A stretch of DNA of 64,000 nucleotides, taken from positions 75,856 through 139,855 of the forward strand of contig JBBCHV010000028.1 in the NCBI GenBank assembly GCA_037200205.1. Reading direction: 5' to 3'. Of the stretch, positions 34,461 to 44,176 are shown one piece after another. Origin of the DNA: Chthoniobacter sp. (GTDB lineage Bacteria > Verrucomicrobiota > Verrucomicrobiia > Chthoniobacterales > Chthoniobacteraceae). The translations under genes were made by a program, and so were the position numbers. Position 1 is the first letter of the stretch. Each line of letters starts with the position of its first letter. The notes below the pieces were generated by a model. It was not told the DNA's origin, did no database searches, and saw only the letters and a program-made list of their open reading frames with translations.

Positions 34461-36074
34461 GCAGCCTGTCGGACTTTTCCTCCAATGATTTTTGAGCAAG
34501 GGAGGTAGAAGACGTATGGCCGCTCGATTTGTGAATGTAGACCACGACACGCCGCTGTTGTTGCCGCCGGATTTACGGGAGTGGGTGCCGGCAGATCATC
34601 TGGTGCACTTCCTCATGGATGCGGTTGGGGAACTGAACTTGAGCGGCGCGCGGGTCAATGAGCGCGGGACGGGCGATGAGCAGTATCCGCCGGGGATGAT
34701 GCTGGGGCTGTTGATCTCCAGCTACGCCAGCGGGGTATTCAGCAGCCGGCAGATTGAGAACTCGACCTATGACAGCGTGCCGGTGCGGTTGTTGTGCGCG
34801 GACACGCATCCGGATCACGACACGATCTGCGCGTTTCGGCGGCAGCACCAAGCGTTGTTGAGCAGCGGCTTCAGCCAGGTGCTGGAGATGGCGGCGGGCT
34901 GCGGGGGTGCTGAAGGTCGGAGGGATCACCGTGGCCATCGACGGGACCCAGGTGCTGGCCAATGCGAGCAAGCAGGCGGCGGTCAGTTACCCGCGGGCCG
35001 GCGAGCAGATGCGGGAACTGGATTTGGAGATCGCCCAGTTGCTGGCCAAGGCCGAAGAAGCGGATGCGACTCCTTTGGAGGACGGGCTGTCCATCCCCGA
35101 GGAAGTGCAGCGCCGGCAGGAGCGCAAAGCGCTTTTGGCCAAGGCGCGAGCGGAGATGGAAGCGCGAGCCTACGCGCGGGCGCAAGCCGAGCGCGGTGAA
35201 TACGAAGCCAAAGTCGCCGCGCGGGAGGAAAAGCGGCGGGCTGGCCAGAAGCCGCGCGGCAAGGAGCCCAAGCCGCCGAGCGAAACTCCCGGTCCCAAGG
35301 ACCAATACAACTTCACCGATCCCGAGAGCCGGATCATGAAGGCGGGCAGTGGTGGGCACTGCGAGCCGAGTTACAACGCGCAGGCGGCGGTGGAAGTCGA
35401 CAGTCGGCTCATCGGAGGCCAGCGGGTGGACCATGCGCCCAACGACAAGGAGCAACTCCTGCCGAGCTTTGGAGCGGTGGCCGTGGAGGCTGGGCCGGTC
35501 AAGGAAGTGCTCATCGACAGTGGTTTTGTCAGCCAGGAGGCCATTGAGCAGTTGGAAAAGGACGCACAGGGAGAGGCCACCGGGGTGCGGGTGCTGGCAG
35601 CCGTCCAGCGCGAGCGGCATGGACGCACCGTGACGCAACTGGAGAAGAAAGAGGATCCGCCGGAGCCGGCCAGCGACGCGCCCTTTCTGGAGCGTTTGGC
35701 CAACCGGGTCGCCACGCGTGCCGGACGGGCGCGCTACAAGCTGCGCCAGCAGACCGTCGAACCAGTCTTTGGCATCATCAAGGAAGCACTCGGTTTTCGG
35801 CGCTTTTCGCTGCGCGGCTTGGAAAAGGCCGCGTTGGAATGGACGCTGGTTACGCTGGCCTATAACTGCAAACGGCTCTTCTATCTCGGCGTCAAACTGG
35901 CGACCGCCTGAAAAAGGCGGGCGCTCGAAGCAAAACCATCTCTTTCGGCGCCTCATGACGGCACCCGACTGCGCATCGAAGGTGCGTGGATGCCAGCCAC
36001 AGCGCGCCGATTCCCCTGTCTTTCGATCCCGCGCCCGAAAATTCAGCGCCTTGCTCCTATGTCCGACAGGCTGC
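34461..36074 (+). mobile_element. IS1182-family element copy 2; transposase 34516-35911 with one frameshift near 34900
   Basis: IRs GCAGCCTGTCGGAC...GTCCGACAGGCTGC with CTAG at both junctions; NFTDPESRIM, SYNAQ, DSGF, VEPVFGIIK, FRRFSLRG. Confidence 0.92.
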
Positions 36075-36284
36075 TAGCGTAGAGTAAACGCTCCGACGCA
36101 GCAAGATCCACTTCGACACGATCGCCGATGTAACCTCCCGCCATGGCACCGCGTCTATGCAGGATGATGAAGGCCGCTTTTGATCCATTTTGCTCCCCGG
36201 CGGCGCCATTTCCGACCGATGAGTTCGCTTGCCCTTTCCTGGACTGCATTGCCTTTGCCCCTGGCGGACGCTAAGACGCCGTCA

Positions 36285-36845
36285 ATGGCCGAGCTCGTAC
36301 CGCCTCCCGATGAAGCGCTGGTCGCGGCCTCGCTGGCCGGGGATGAGGCTGCCTTTGCGGAATTGGTGACGCGATACAAGCGGCGGGTCTTCGCCGCGGC
36401 GGCGCGGTTTGCGCGCGACGACCATCAACTCGATGACATCGCGCAGGAGATATTCCTGCGGGCCTTCCGGCATCTTGGGAAGTTTCGCGGCGATGCGCCG
36501 TTCGAGCACTGGCTGGCGCGGATCATCGTCTCGGCGTGCTACGATTTTCTGCGCAAGGAGCGGCGCGTGCGCGAGCAGGTCTCGCTCGAGGGCACGGAGT
36601 GGGACATGCGCGACGCCGGCATCGACGCTGCACTGGCCGCCGGGCGGGCGCGCGAGCTGGTTCATTGGGCGCTCTCGAAGCTGCCGGCGGACGAGCAGCT
36701 CATCATCACCCTCGCGGAACTGGAGGAGCGGCCCATGAGGCAGATCGCGGAACTCACCGGCTGGAGCGAAAGCAATGTGAAGGTGCGGGCTTTCCGCGCC
36801 CGGCAGAATTTGAAAAAGATACTGGAGACGACCCATGAACGATAA
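36285..36845 (+). CDS. ECF RNA polymerase sigma factor
   Basis: GDEAAFAELV, DDIAQEIFLRAF, FEHWLARI, IAELTGWSESNVKVRAFRAR. Confidence 0.93.
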   Translation: MAELVPPPDEALVAASLAGDEAAFAELVTRYKRRVFAAAARFARDDHQLDDIAQEIFLRAFRHLGKFRGDAPFEHWLARIIVSACYDFLRKERRVREQVSLEGTEWDMRDAGIDAALAAGRARELVHWALSKLPADEQLIITLAELEERPMRQIAELTGWSESNVKVRAFRARQNLKKILETTHER

Positions 36846-37143
36846 TTTCGACCAAAAACTGGATGCCCTGTTGGCCGCCGCCCGCGCGACGGCGCCGGAC
36901 ACGGCACGCGCGGAGTTTGCCTTCGAGACGCGGCTGGCCGCGCGGTTGCGCGCCGAGAACTCCGGGTCGCTCTTCGCCTGGGCCTGGCGTCTCTGCCCCT
37001 TCTTTGCCGCCCTGGCCCTGGCGGTGGGTTGGTGGAGCCATACCGCCGAGCGCACGGAGACGGTGTCACCGCTCGTCGCGGAAGTCGCACCCGCGAACGA
37101 CGAACAACTCCTCGTGGCCTATATGACAGGCGATCGCCGATGA
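36835..37143 (+). CDS. Putative anti-sigma membrane protein
   Basis: Overlaps the sigma stop; FAFETRL, single TM helix. Confidence 0.7.
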   Translation: MNDNFDQKLDALLAAARATAPDTARAEFAFETRLAARLRAENSGSLFAWAWRLCPFFAALALAVGWWSHTAERTETVSPLVAEVAPANDEQLLVAYMTGDRR

Positions 37144-37601
37144 GAACGCTGAAACGCATCCTCGGTGTGCTGTTGATCTTTTTCTTCGGCTGCTTCGTCG
37201 GCGCTGCCGTGACGGGCGCGGGTGCCATGCAGAAGCTCCGGGAGACTTTACTGGGCGGTCCGGAAGCGGTCATGGATGTGGTCGTGAAGCGGCTCGATCG
37301 CGAGTTGAAACTCGACGAAGAACAGAAGCGCAAATTGCAAGGCATCGTGGACGACGCGCACATCAAGCTGCGGCAAAGCCGCGCAAAGATTCAGCCCGAA
37401 GTAGAGGAAACCTTGCAGGAAGCCGAGCAACGGACCCGCGCGATTCTGTATCCGACGCAGATGAAAAAGTTCGACGATCTCATCAACCGCAGCCGCGCGA
37501 AGTGGAAGGCGGTGGAGTCTCCGCGAGCGACGCCTGCTCCGACTGTGGGAACGCCGGCGCCGGCGACACCCGCGGCCGCCCCGGTGGAGGACGCAAAGTA
37601 G
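37140..37601 (+). CDS. Spy/CpxP-like helical periplasmic protein
   Basis: ATGA overlap; TM followed by LKLDEEQ and ILYPTQ (LTxxQ-like) repeats. Confidence 0.65.
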   Translation: MRTLKRILGVLLIFFFGCFVGAAVTGAGAMQKLRETLLGGPEAVMDVVVKRLDRELKLDEEQKRKLQGIVDDAHIKLRQSRAKIQPEVEETLQEAEQRTRAILYPTQMKKFDDLINRSRAKWKAVESPRATPAPTVGTPAPATPAAAPVEDAK

Positions 37602-37682
37602 GACGCGTGTGCCCCCGGCGGTGACGTCACTCTCATGAATTCCCAGTGACTCTGTGCGCGGGCCGCGCTATTCAACGCTCCC

Positions 37683-39377
37683 ATGTCGAAGACCTTCGCC
37701 TGGTTTGTCTACGCGCTGACCCTGGCGTTTTTCGCCTGCTTTTTCCTGTGGCCGGTCTGCGCCACGCTGGGCGGCGCCTTCTTCGATGCGGACCGCAAGT
37801 TCACCCTCGAATTTGTCGCCGAGGTCTTTCGCAACCGCATCTATCTCGAGGGTCTTTGGAATTCGCTGCTCCTCGCCATCGGCAGCACCGCGGGTGCGCT
37901 GGCCATCGCGCTGCCATTGGCCTTCATCGCGGATCGCTTCGACTTTCCCGCGAAGAAACTGCTCACCGCGTTCATCCTCGTGCCGATGATTCTGCCGCCC
38001 TTTGTCGGCGCGATTGGCGTGCGGCAGATCCTCGGCCAGTACGGCGCCTTCAATGCCCTGCTCATGCACCTCGGCGTGCTCGGTGCGAATGACACCATCG
38101 ACTGGCTCGGCCGCGGACGCATGGGGGGCGTGGTGGCGCTCAACGCCCTGCATCTCTATCCGATCCTCTACCTCAACCTCACGGCCGCACTCGCCAATCT
38201 CGACCCGGCGATGGAAGAAGCGGCGGAAAACCTCGGTTGCACGGGCTTTCGCAAGTTCCGTCGCATCACCCTGCCGCTCATCATGCCGGGCCTCTTCGCC
38301 GGTGGCACCATCGTCTTCATCTTCGCCTTCACCGAGCTCGGCGTCCCGCTCATCTTCGACCTGACCCGCGTCACCGCCGTGCAGATCTTTTACGGCATCA
38401 AGGAGATTGCCGGGAATCCGTTTCCCTTCGCGCTCGTCGCGGTGATGCTGCTCAGCACGGCCCTGCTCTACGCCGCCAGCAAGTTCCTTTTTGGCCGCGC
38501 GAATCACACCATGGTGTCGAAAGCGACGACCGCCTCCAGCGCGCGCACGCCCGGCAATGCCGTGCAATGGGCTTGTGCGCTCGGTTTCGGGGCGATCACC
38601 TTTGTGGCGCTGCTGCCGCATCTGGGCGTGATCCTCGTCTCTATCGCGGGCGACTGGCATCACACCGTGCTGCCCACCGGCTGGACCGCCGCACACTACC
38701 AAACCGCCCTCGGCCATCCGCTGACCGTCCCTTCGATTCTCAACAGCCTCAAGTATTCGAGTCTCGCCACCGTCTTCGACCTCGTGCTCGGCGTGCTCAT
38801 CGCCTACGTCGTCGTGCGCACCACCCTGCCCGGCCGTGGCCTGCTCGACGCCCTCGCCATGCTGCCGCTCGCCGCACCGGGGCTCGTCCTCGCCTTTGGC
38901 TACATCTCGATGACGCAAGACGGCCGCGTCTTCGAATTCTTGAATCCGTCGAAAGACCCGACGCTGCTGCTCGTCATCGCCTACGCCGTGCGCCGCCTGC
39001 CCTATGTCGTGCGCTCCGCGGCCGCCGGCTTGCAGCAGACGAGCGTGACCCTCGAGGAGGCCGCGCAGAATCTCGGCTGCCCGCCGCTGCGCGCCCTGCG
39101 CCGCATCACCTTTCCACTCATCGCCGCCAATGTGCTCGCGGGCGGCCTGCTCGCCTTCGCCTTCGCCATGCTCGAAGTCTCCGACTCCCTCGTACTGGCG
39201 CAAAAGCAGCACGATTTCCCGATCACCAAGGCCATCTACGAGCTTTTCCAGAGCATGGGCGAAGGCCGCTTCGTCGCCTCCGCGCTCGGCGTCTGGGCCA
39301 TGGTCTTCCTGGCGCTTACGATCTTCGCGACGAGCCGTCTTCTCGGGAAGAAGCTCGGCGCGCTGTTTCGCGTTTAG
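37683..39377 (+). CDS. Fe3+-type ABC transporter permease (FbpB-like)
   Basis: Duplicated permease halves, each with an EEAA(E/Q)NLG loop; PPFVGA. Confidence 0.88.
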   Translation: MSKTFAWFVYALTLAFFACFFLWPVCATLGGAFFDADRKFTLEFVAEVFRNRIYLEGLWNSLLLAIGSTAGALAIALPLAFIADRFDFPAKKLLTAFILVPMILPPFVGAIGVRQILGQYGAFNALLMHLGVLGANDTIDWLGRGRMGGVVALNALHLYPILYLNLTAALANLDPAMEEAAENLGCTGFRKFRRITLPLIMPGLFAGGTIVFIFAFTELGVPLIFDLTRVTAVQIFYGIKEIAGNPFPFALVAVMLLSTALLYAASKFLFGRANHTMVSKATTASSARTPGNAVQWACALGFGAITFVALLPHLGVILVSIAGDWHHTVLPTGWTAAHYQTALGHPLTVPSILNSLKYSSLATVFDLVLGVLIAYVVVRTTLPGRGLLDALAMLPLAAPGLVLAFGYISMTQDGRVFEFLNPSKDPTLLLVIAYAVRRLPYVVRSAAAGLQQTSVTLEEAAQNLGCPPLRALRRITFPLIAANVLAGGLLAFAFAMLEVSDSLVLAQKQHDFPITKAIYELFQSMGEGRFVASALGVWAMVFLALTIFATSRLLGKKLGALFRV

Positions 39378-40744
39378 TATTACTACGTTAAGTAATTGAC
39401 TTAGCGGAGGGGGTCGATTTTACTGGGTTCCATGCAATGGAACGAACACGTCTGGCGTCGGAGCGTGGAGTCTTTTGGGGCTTTTTTGGAGCCGCTGGTG
39501 ATGGCTATGGGGCGGAGCGAGCGCCGGGAGGGAGCGGCCCTTTACGTCGAGGGGTTGCTCACGCCGGGGCATCGCAAAAGCGTGGAGCCGATGGCGGAGC
39601 GGTTGGGGGTGGACAAGCAGAAGTTGCAACAGTTTGTTTCCGACAGCCCCTGGCGGGAGGAGGGGCTGTGGGAGGCGGTGCGCCGGGAGGTGATTCCGGT
39701 GCTCGGGCCCCTGGAGTCGTGGATCATCGATGAGACCGGGTGGATCAAGCAGGGCTGCCAGTCGGTCGGAGTGGGGCCCCAGTATTGCGGGGCCGTGGGG
39801 AAGAAGGCCAACTGCCAGGTCAGCGTGCATCTGGCGGTCGGTACCGGAGAGGTGGCGGCGCCGGTCGCCGCACGGCTGTTTCTGCCCGAAAGCTGGGCGG
39901 CGGACCCAGCGCGGTGCGAGCGGGCGGGGGTTCCTGTGGAGGTGGGCTTCCAAACCAAGCCGCAGATCGCCTTGGAACTCATCCGCGCGGTCCGCCAGGA
40001 GGGACTGGTCGCGCCCGCCCCCGTGCTCGGCGATTGCCTCTATGGTCCCAGCGGTCCGTTGCGCCAGGGCCTGCGCCAACTGGGCTGCGAGTATTTCCTG
40101 GCCGTCGAACCCCAGACCCAGGCGTGGACGCAGCCCCCGGTCGTGCGCCGGGCGCGCACCCGCTGGAGCCTGGCGCCCAAACAGGCTCCGGCCCGATCCG
40201 TGCTCGACCTCGCCAAAGAGTTGCCCGCGTCAGCCTGGCAATCCGCTCAGTGGAGCACCGCCGGCGGCCCAGTCCGGACGACCCGCCTGGCTTGGATTCG
40301 CGTATGGATGTGGTCGGATCTGGATGCCCTCACCGGCGCGATCCCGCCCACTTGGCTGGTCGTGGATTGGCCCGAGGGTCAGTCCGCCCCTTACCATCTC
40401 TACACCGCCTGGCTGGACGGACTCCCCACGCGCCTGCGCTGCCTGCGCCTGAGCCGCCAGCGCTTCCATCTCGAGCAATACTTTCAGCGCGACAAAGACG
40501 ACTTGGGTCTCGATCACTTCGAGGGACGATCCTGGCGCGGCTTCCATCATCATCTCGCTTTGGCCGCCGTCGCCTACCTCTTTGTGCTCGTCATCTTCCT
40601 GCGGGCTAAAAAAAACTTCTGCCCTCACGTGGGAAGCGGTCCTGCGCAAGATCCGGCCATATCTCCTACGCTCTCGCGGCTTCTGTCCCTTTTGTCTGAG
40701 TTATCTTAACCACAAACCGCCCTGAAATACTTAACGTAGTAATA
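39378..40744 (+). mobile_element. IS701-family insertion sequence; transposase from 39432
   Basis: Perfect 17-bp IRs TATTACTACGTTAAGTA; 4-bp target duplication TTAG; RKSVEPMA, IIDETG, QYCGAVGKKANCQ, LGLDHFEGRSWRGFHHH. Confidence 0.95.
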
Positions 40745-40802
40745 TTAGGGCATCTCAATTTAGGGTGTAGCCGCCAATCTCAGGTGTGCAACGCGAAAAG
40801 TT

Positions 40803-40958
40803 CGGGGAGCGCACTCGTCTCAAGTGCTGGTTTCGGCGTCCCGCCGAAACGAACTTTCCAATAGTTTAAAATACTATTGGCGTTCACCTTACGATACATA
40901 ACGAAAGTCCGCGAAGGCGGGACGCCTTCGCCAACACTCGGGACGAGTGTGCTCCCGG
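40803..40958. repeat. Palindromic MITE/REPIN element, family B copy 1
   Basis: GGGAGCGCACTCGTC...GACGAGTGTGCTCCC termini with internal hairpins; inverse homologue at 45519-45680. Confidence 0.85.
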
Positions 40959-41050
40959 AATACCCCAACCGCACTTTCACTGCGGCTCTGCTATAACTTA
41001 AACCGCTCGAGCGGCCCGGCTTGGGCCGCGGTAAGACGACCGCCTGGGCA

Positions 41051-41803
41051 TTACGTCGGGCAGGGCAGCACGTTGGGCACGGCCGCGACCGCGGGCATGT
41101 CCCCCGCCGTTCTTTCATCCAGCCAGAGGGCCTGCCGGCAAAACAGGAACCGCATGTGGCCGAAGTTTTCCCAACCCGCCGCCTCGGCCAGCTCACGCAG
41201 TTCACCGAAAGAAAAAGCCCGCTGCATCGAGGTATTCGCATCGGCCTGGGTCATGGGCAGGCGATAGAAAAAAGTGGTGAGAAACTGCACGCCCAGCGCT
41301 CCGATCTCACTGCGTTCCAGGTCCGAAACCAGCACGAAGCGATGCGAAAGATGGCGACAACGGCGCAACAGCAGGGCCGCGTCTTCGTCACTGAAATGGT
41401 GCAGCGCCAGCGAACAAGTCACGAGATCGTAGGTTTCCCTGGTCTCCCATTTCAGCGCATCTCCCCGCAGAAACTGAATCTCGGGATAGTCGACGCTGCC
41501 CCGCCGCGCCAGCGCGAGCGTGGATTCGTGGAAATCGACGGCGTCGATCCGCAGGGTGACTCCCGCCGCATGCGCCCAATCGACCATCAACCGCGGAATG
41601 TCTCCCGCGCCCGTGCACAGATCGAGCACGGTATAGCTGCGGCCCGGCGTCAGCCACTGGGCGAGAAACTTGCGCACCAGCCGGTAGCTGCCGAAGTAGC
41701 GGTTGAAGGAAACGAGATTCTCTAGATACGACTCGAGCTCGGGCGTCACGGGTTGCGGACGATCCATGAGCTCTGGCTCGAGTGGGTCGAAGGCGCGTTT
41801 CAT
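41051..41803 (-). CDS. SAM-dependent methyltransferase
   Basis: ELMD, VLDLCTGAGD, YDLVTCSLALHHF, DLER. Confidence 0.88.
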   Translation of the reverse strand: MKRAFDPLEPELMDRPQPVTPELESYLENLVSFNRYFGSYRLVRKFLAQWLTPGRSYTVLDLCTGAGDIPRLMVDWAHAAGVTLRIDAVDFHESTLALARRGSVDYPEIQFLRGDALKWETRETYDLVTCSLALHHFSDEDAALLLRRCRHLSHRFVLVSDLERSEIGALGVQFLTTFFYRLPMTQADANTSMQRAFSFGELRELAEAAGWENFGHMRFLFCRQALWLDERTAGDMPAVAAVPNVLPCPT

Positions 41804-41870
41804 AGTGAAACCAACTTAATCCGATGCACCCCGGGAATCGAATCCTTTGATTGGCTGGGCATCGATTCCG

Positions 41871-42551
41871 TCAGGAATGCAGGGCCAGCAGGGCCAGCAT
41901 GCGCCCGGTCTTGCCCCGCTCCACGCGATAGGAATAGTAACGATCCAGATTCGCCCCGGTGGAGATCCCGCAATCCTGCACCTGCGTGACGCCCGCGGCG
42001 CGCGCCTGCTCGACGATGAGGGCCGCAAAATCGACTTCGAAAAGCGGCGGGCGGATGCAGGGGCTGAGTTGCACGATCATCTTCGCCGGGTCGCAGCCGA
42101 ACTCCGTGCGCATCCGTTCGATGGCCACGGCGGTGATGCCCAGCTCGCTTCCCTTGCGGCCCGAATGGAGCAGCCCAATGACGCGCTTCTCCGGTTCGAC
42201 CAGATAGACCGCACAGCAATCGGCGACATAAACGCCGAGGCAGACCTCGCGGCGGGCGGTGATGAGTCCATCGACGCCGGGCACAGGCGCCGACGTCCGC
42301 TCATCCACCACGGCCACTGCGCGGCCATGCACTTGGTCGCCCACGAGAAAGTGCCGCTGGCCGAGGCCGAGTTCCTCACGCGCCGCGCGATGGAACGAAT
42401 CGAGCCGTTCCAAAGCCTGCGCGCGATCCACATGCACATCGAGCCCGGCGACGCGGCCCAGAAAGGCATGTGTGATTTCCGGCACTGCTTCCAACGCCGG
42501 GAATTTCTCCACCGGCAGCGGCGCGATCGCGGGCGATTCTCCGCGGGTCAC
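41871..42551 (-). CDS. pgeF: YfiH/PgeF (purine nucleoside phosphorylase / polyphenol oxidase family)
   Basis: DQVHG, DGLIT, VADC, HSG, SYR....TGRM. Confidence 0.85.
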   Translation of the reverse strand: MTRGESPAIAPLPVEKFPALEAVPEITHAFLGRVAGLDVHVDRAQALERLDSFHRAAREELGLGQRHFLVGDQVHGRAVAVVDERTSAPVPGVDGLITARREVCLGVYVADCCAVYLVEPEKRVIGLLHSGRKGSELGITAVAIERMRTEFGCDPAKMIVQLSPCIRPPLFEVDFAALIVEQARAAGVTQVQDCGISTGANLDRYYSYRVERGKTGRMLALLALHS

Positions 42552-44176
42552 TTGCCCTTCTTCTTTGGAGTCTCCTTGGTCGGCGGCAAGACGTTGTTGT
42601 AGGCGTCGCCGGTATCCACGAAGACCGGATCCTTCGGCAGCCGATGGTTCAGCAGCAAGGGATCGCTGAACGTTTCGGAATACGAGGTGGCCGTGGCCGT
42701 GACGCGATCGAACTCGGCGAGTGCCGTGTTGTAGTTCGCACGCGCCTGGAGCTCCGTGCTGCGGGCGGTGGTCAATTGCACCTGCGCATTGAGCACATCG
42801 AGCTGCGTGCCGGCGCCGGCGGCGAGGCGTTCCGTGGCCAGACGCACGGCTTCGAGCGCTTGCTCGACCGTCTTTTGCTGGCTGCGGATCGTTTCCCGCG
42901 CGGTCTGCACATTGGCATACGCCTGCTGGACTTCGAGTTCCACCTGATGCACCGAGTCGTCGTAATTCACCTTGGCCGCTTCGAGGCTCGCCCGCGCCGC
43001 CTTCACCTTGCCGTAGGTCTCAAGACCATCGAAGATATTCCACTGCCCGTTGATGCCGAAGAACCAGCCGTCCACGGTGTCGTCGAGATGGCTCGTCAAC
43101 GAGGAGTTCCGCACCTCGTAACCGCCGCTGGCGTTGAGCTGGGGCTTGTAGCCGGCGAGCGCCACTTTCACCTGCGCCTTCTGGATCAGAATGGTCAGGC
43201 GCTGGACTTTGAGAAACGGCCGGTGCTCGATGCCCATCTGGATCGCATTGCGCAGACCGAGCGGGCGCTCGTTCACCTCCAGTTTGCCCACGGCGTGGTA
43301 GGTCGTCTGTCCTTGCGGGCCGGGATCGATGCCGAGGGTCTTCGCAAGTTGGAATTCCGAGATGAGATAGTTGTTCCTTGCACTGATCAATTGCGGCTGC
43401 TGGTTCGCCAGCGCGACCTCCGCCTGCAGGACGTTGAAGCGCGGCACGGTGCCGGCCTCGAAACGGTTCTGCTGATCTTTGAGCTGGTCTTCGAGCAGCT
43501 TCACCGATTCCTCCTGCACGGTGATCAACTCCCGGTTCAGCAATACGGTGTAGAATTGCTGGCGAACCGTATCGATGGTCTGGTCGATCGTGTCGCGCAG
43601 GCTGAAGTAGCTGCTATCGTCAGTGAACCTGGCGATATTGATTGCCTCGCGAATTTGGCCGCCGGCGTAGAGCACCTGCGACACCGTCACGTCCACATTC
43701 CACGAAATATCGCCCCCGCCGCTGGAAGTCTGCGACTGGGTGGATTGCGACTGGCTGCTTTGGACCGCGCTGACCACCTGCTCCGCCGCACTTTGGGTGA
43801 GGCCGGGGATATTGGACAGTTGCTTGGAAAGGTCGCTGCTCGAGCTGCTGGACGGGGTGCTCGTGCTGGAGCCGCCGCTGGAGACGTTGCCGCCGGCCCG
43901 CTGCAACAGCGTTTTCGATTGCTGAAAGTACGATGACGTCAGCGCCACGTGCGGCAGGGCCTCCGAGCGCACCTCGATGATCTGGCCGCGCGTATTCTCG
44001 ATCTGCCAGAGCGCCTTGAGGATGTTGGGGTTTTGTTGCAGCGCCAGCTTGATCGCCCGGTCGAGCGTCAGGTCTCCATTGAAGGAATGCTGGATGGGGC
44101 GCGGTTGGACCGCACCTGCTTGTGAAAAGACAAGGGAAACGGCCGCGATGGTCGCAGCCAAGGGAAGTAATCTCAT
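42548..44176 (-). CDS. TolC family outer membrane efflux protein
   Basis: AIKLALQQNP, RFEAGTVPRFNVLQAEV, WNIFDG, AGTQLDVLNAQ. Confidence 0.9.
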   Translation of the reverse strand: MRLLPLAATIAAVSLVFSQAGAVQPRPIQHSFNGDLTLDRAIKLALQQNPNILKALWQIENTRGQIIEVRSEALPHVALTSSYFQQSKTLLQRAGGNVSSGGSSTSTPSSSSSSDLSKQLSNIPGLTQSAAEQVVSAVQSSQSQSTQSQTSSGGGDISWNVDVTVSQVLYAGGQIREAINIARFTDDSSYFSLRDTIDQTIDTVRQQFYTVLLNRELITVQEESVKLLEDQLKDQQNRFEAGTVPRFNVLQAEVALANQQPQLISARNNYLISEFQLAKTLGIDPGPQGQTTYHAVGKLEVNERPLGLRNAIQMGIEHRPFLKVQRLTILIQKAQVKVALAGYKPQLNASGGYEVRNSSLTSHLDDTVDGWFFGINGQWNIFDGLETYGKVKAARASLEAAKVNYDDSVHQVELEVQQAYANVQTARETIRSQQKTVEQALEAVRLATERLAAGAGTQLDVLNAQVQLTTARSTELQARANYNTALAEFDRVTATATSYSETFSDPLLLNHRLPKDPVFVDTGDAYNNVLPPTKETPKKKGK

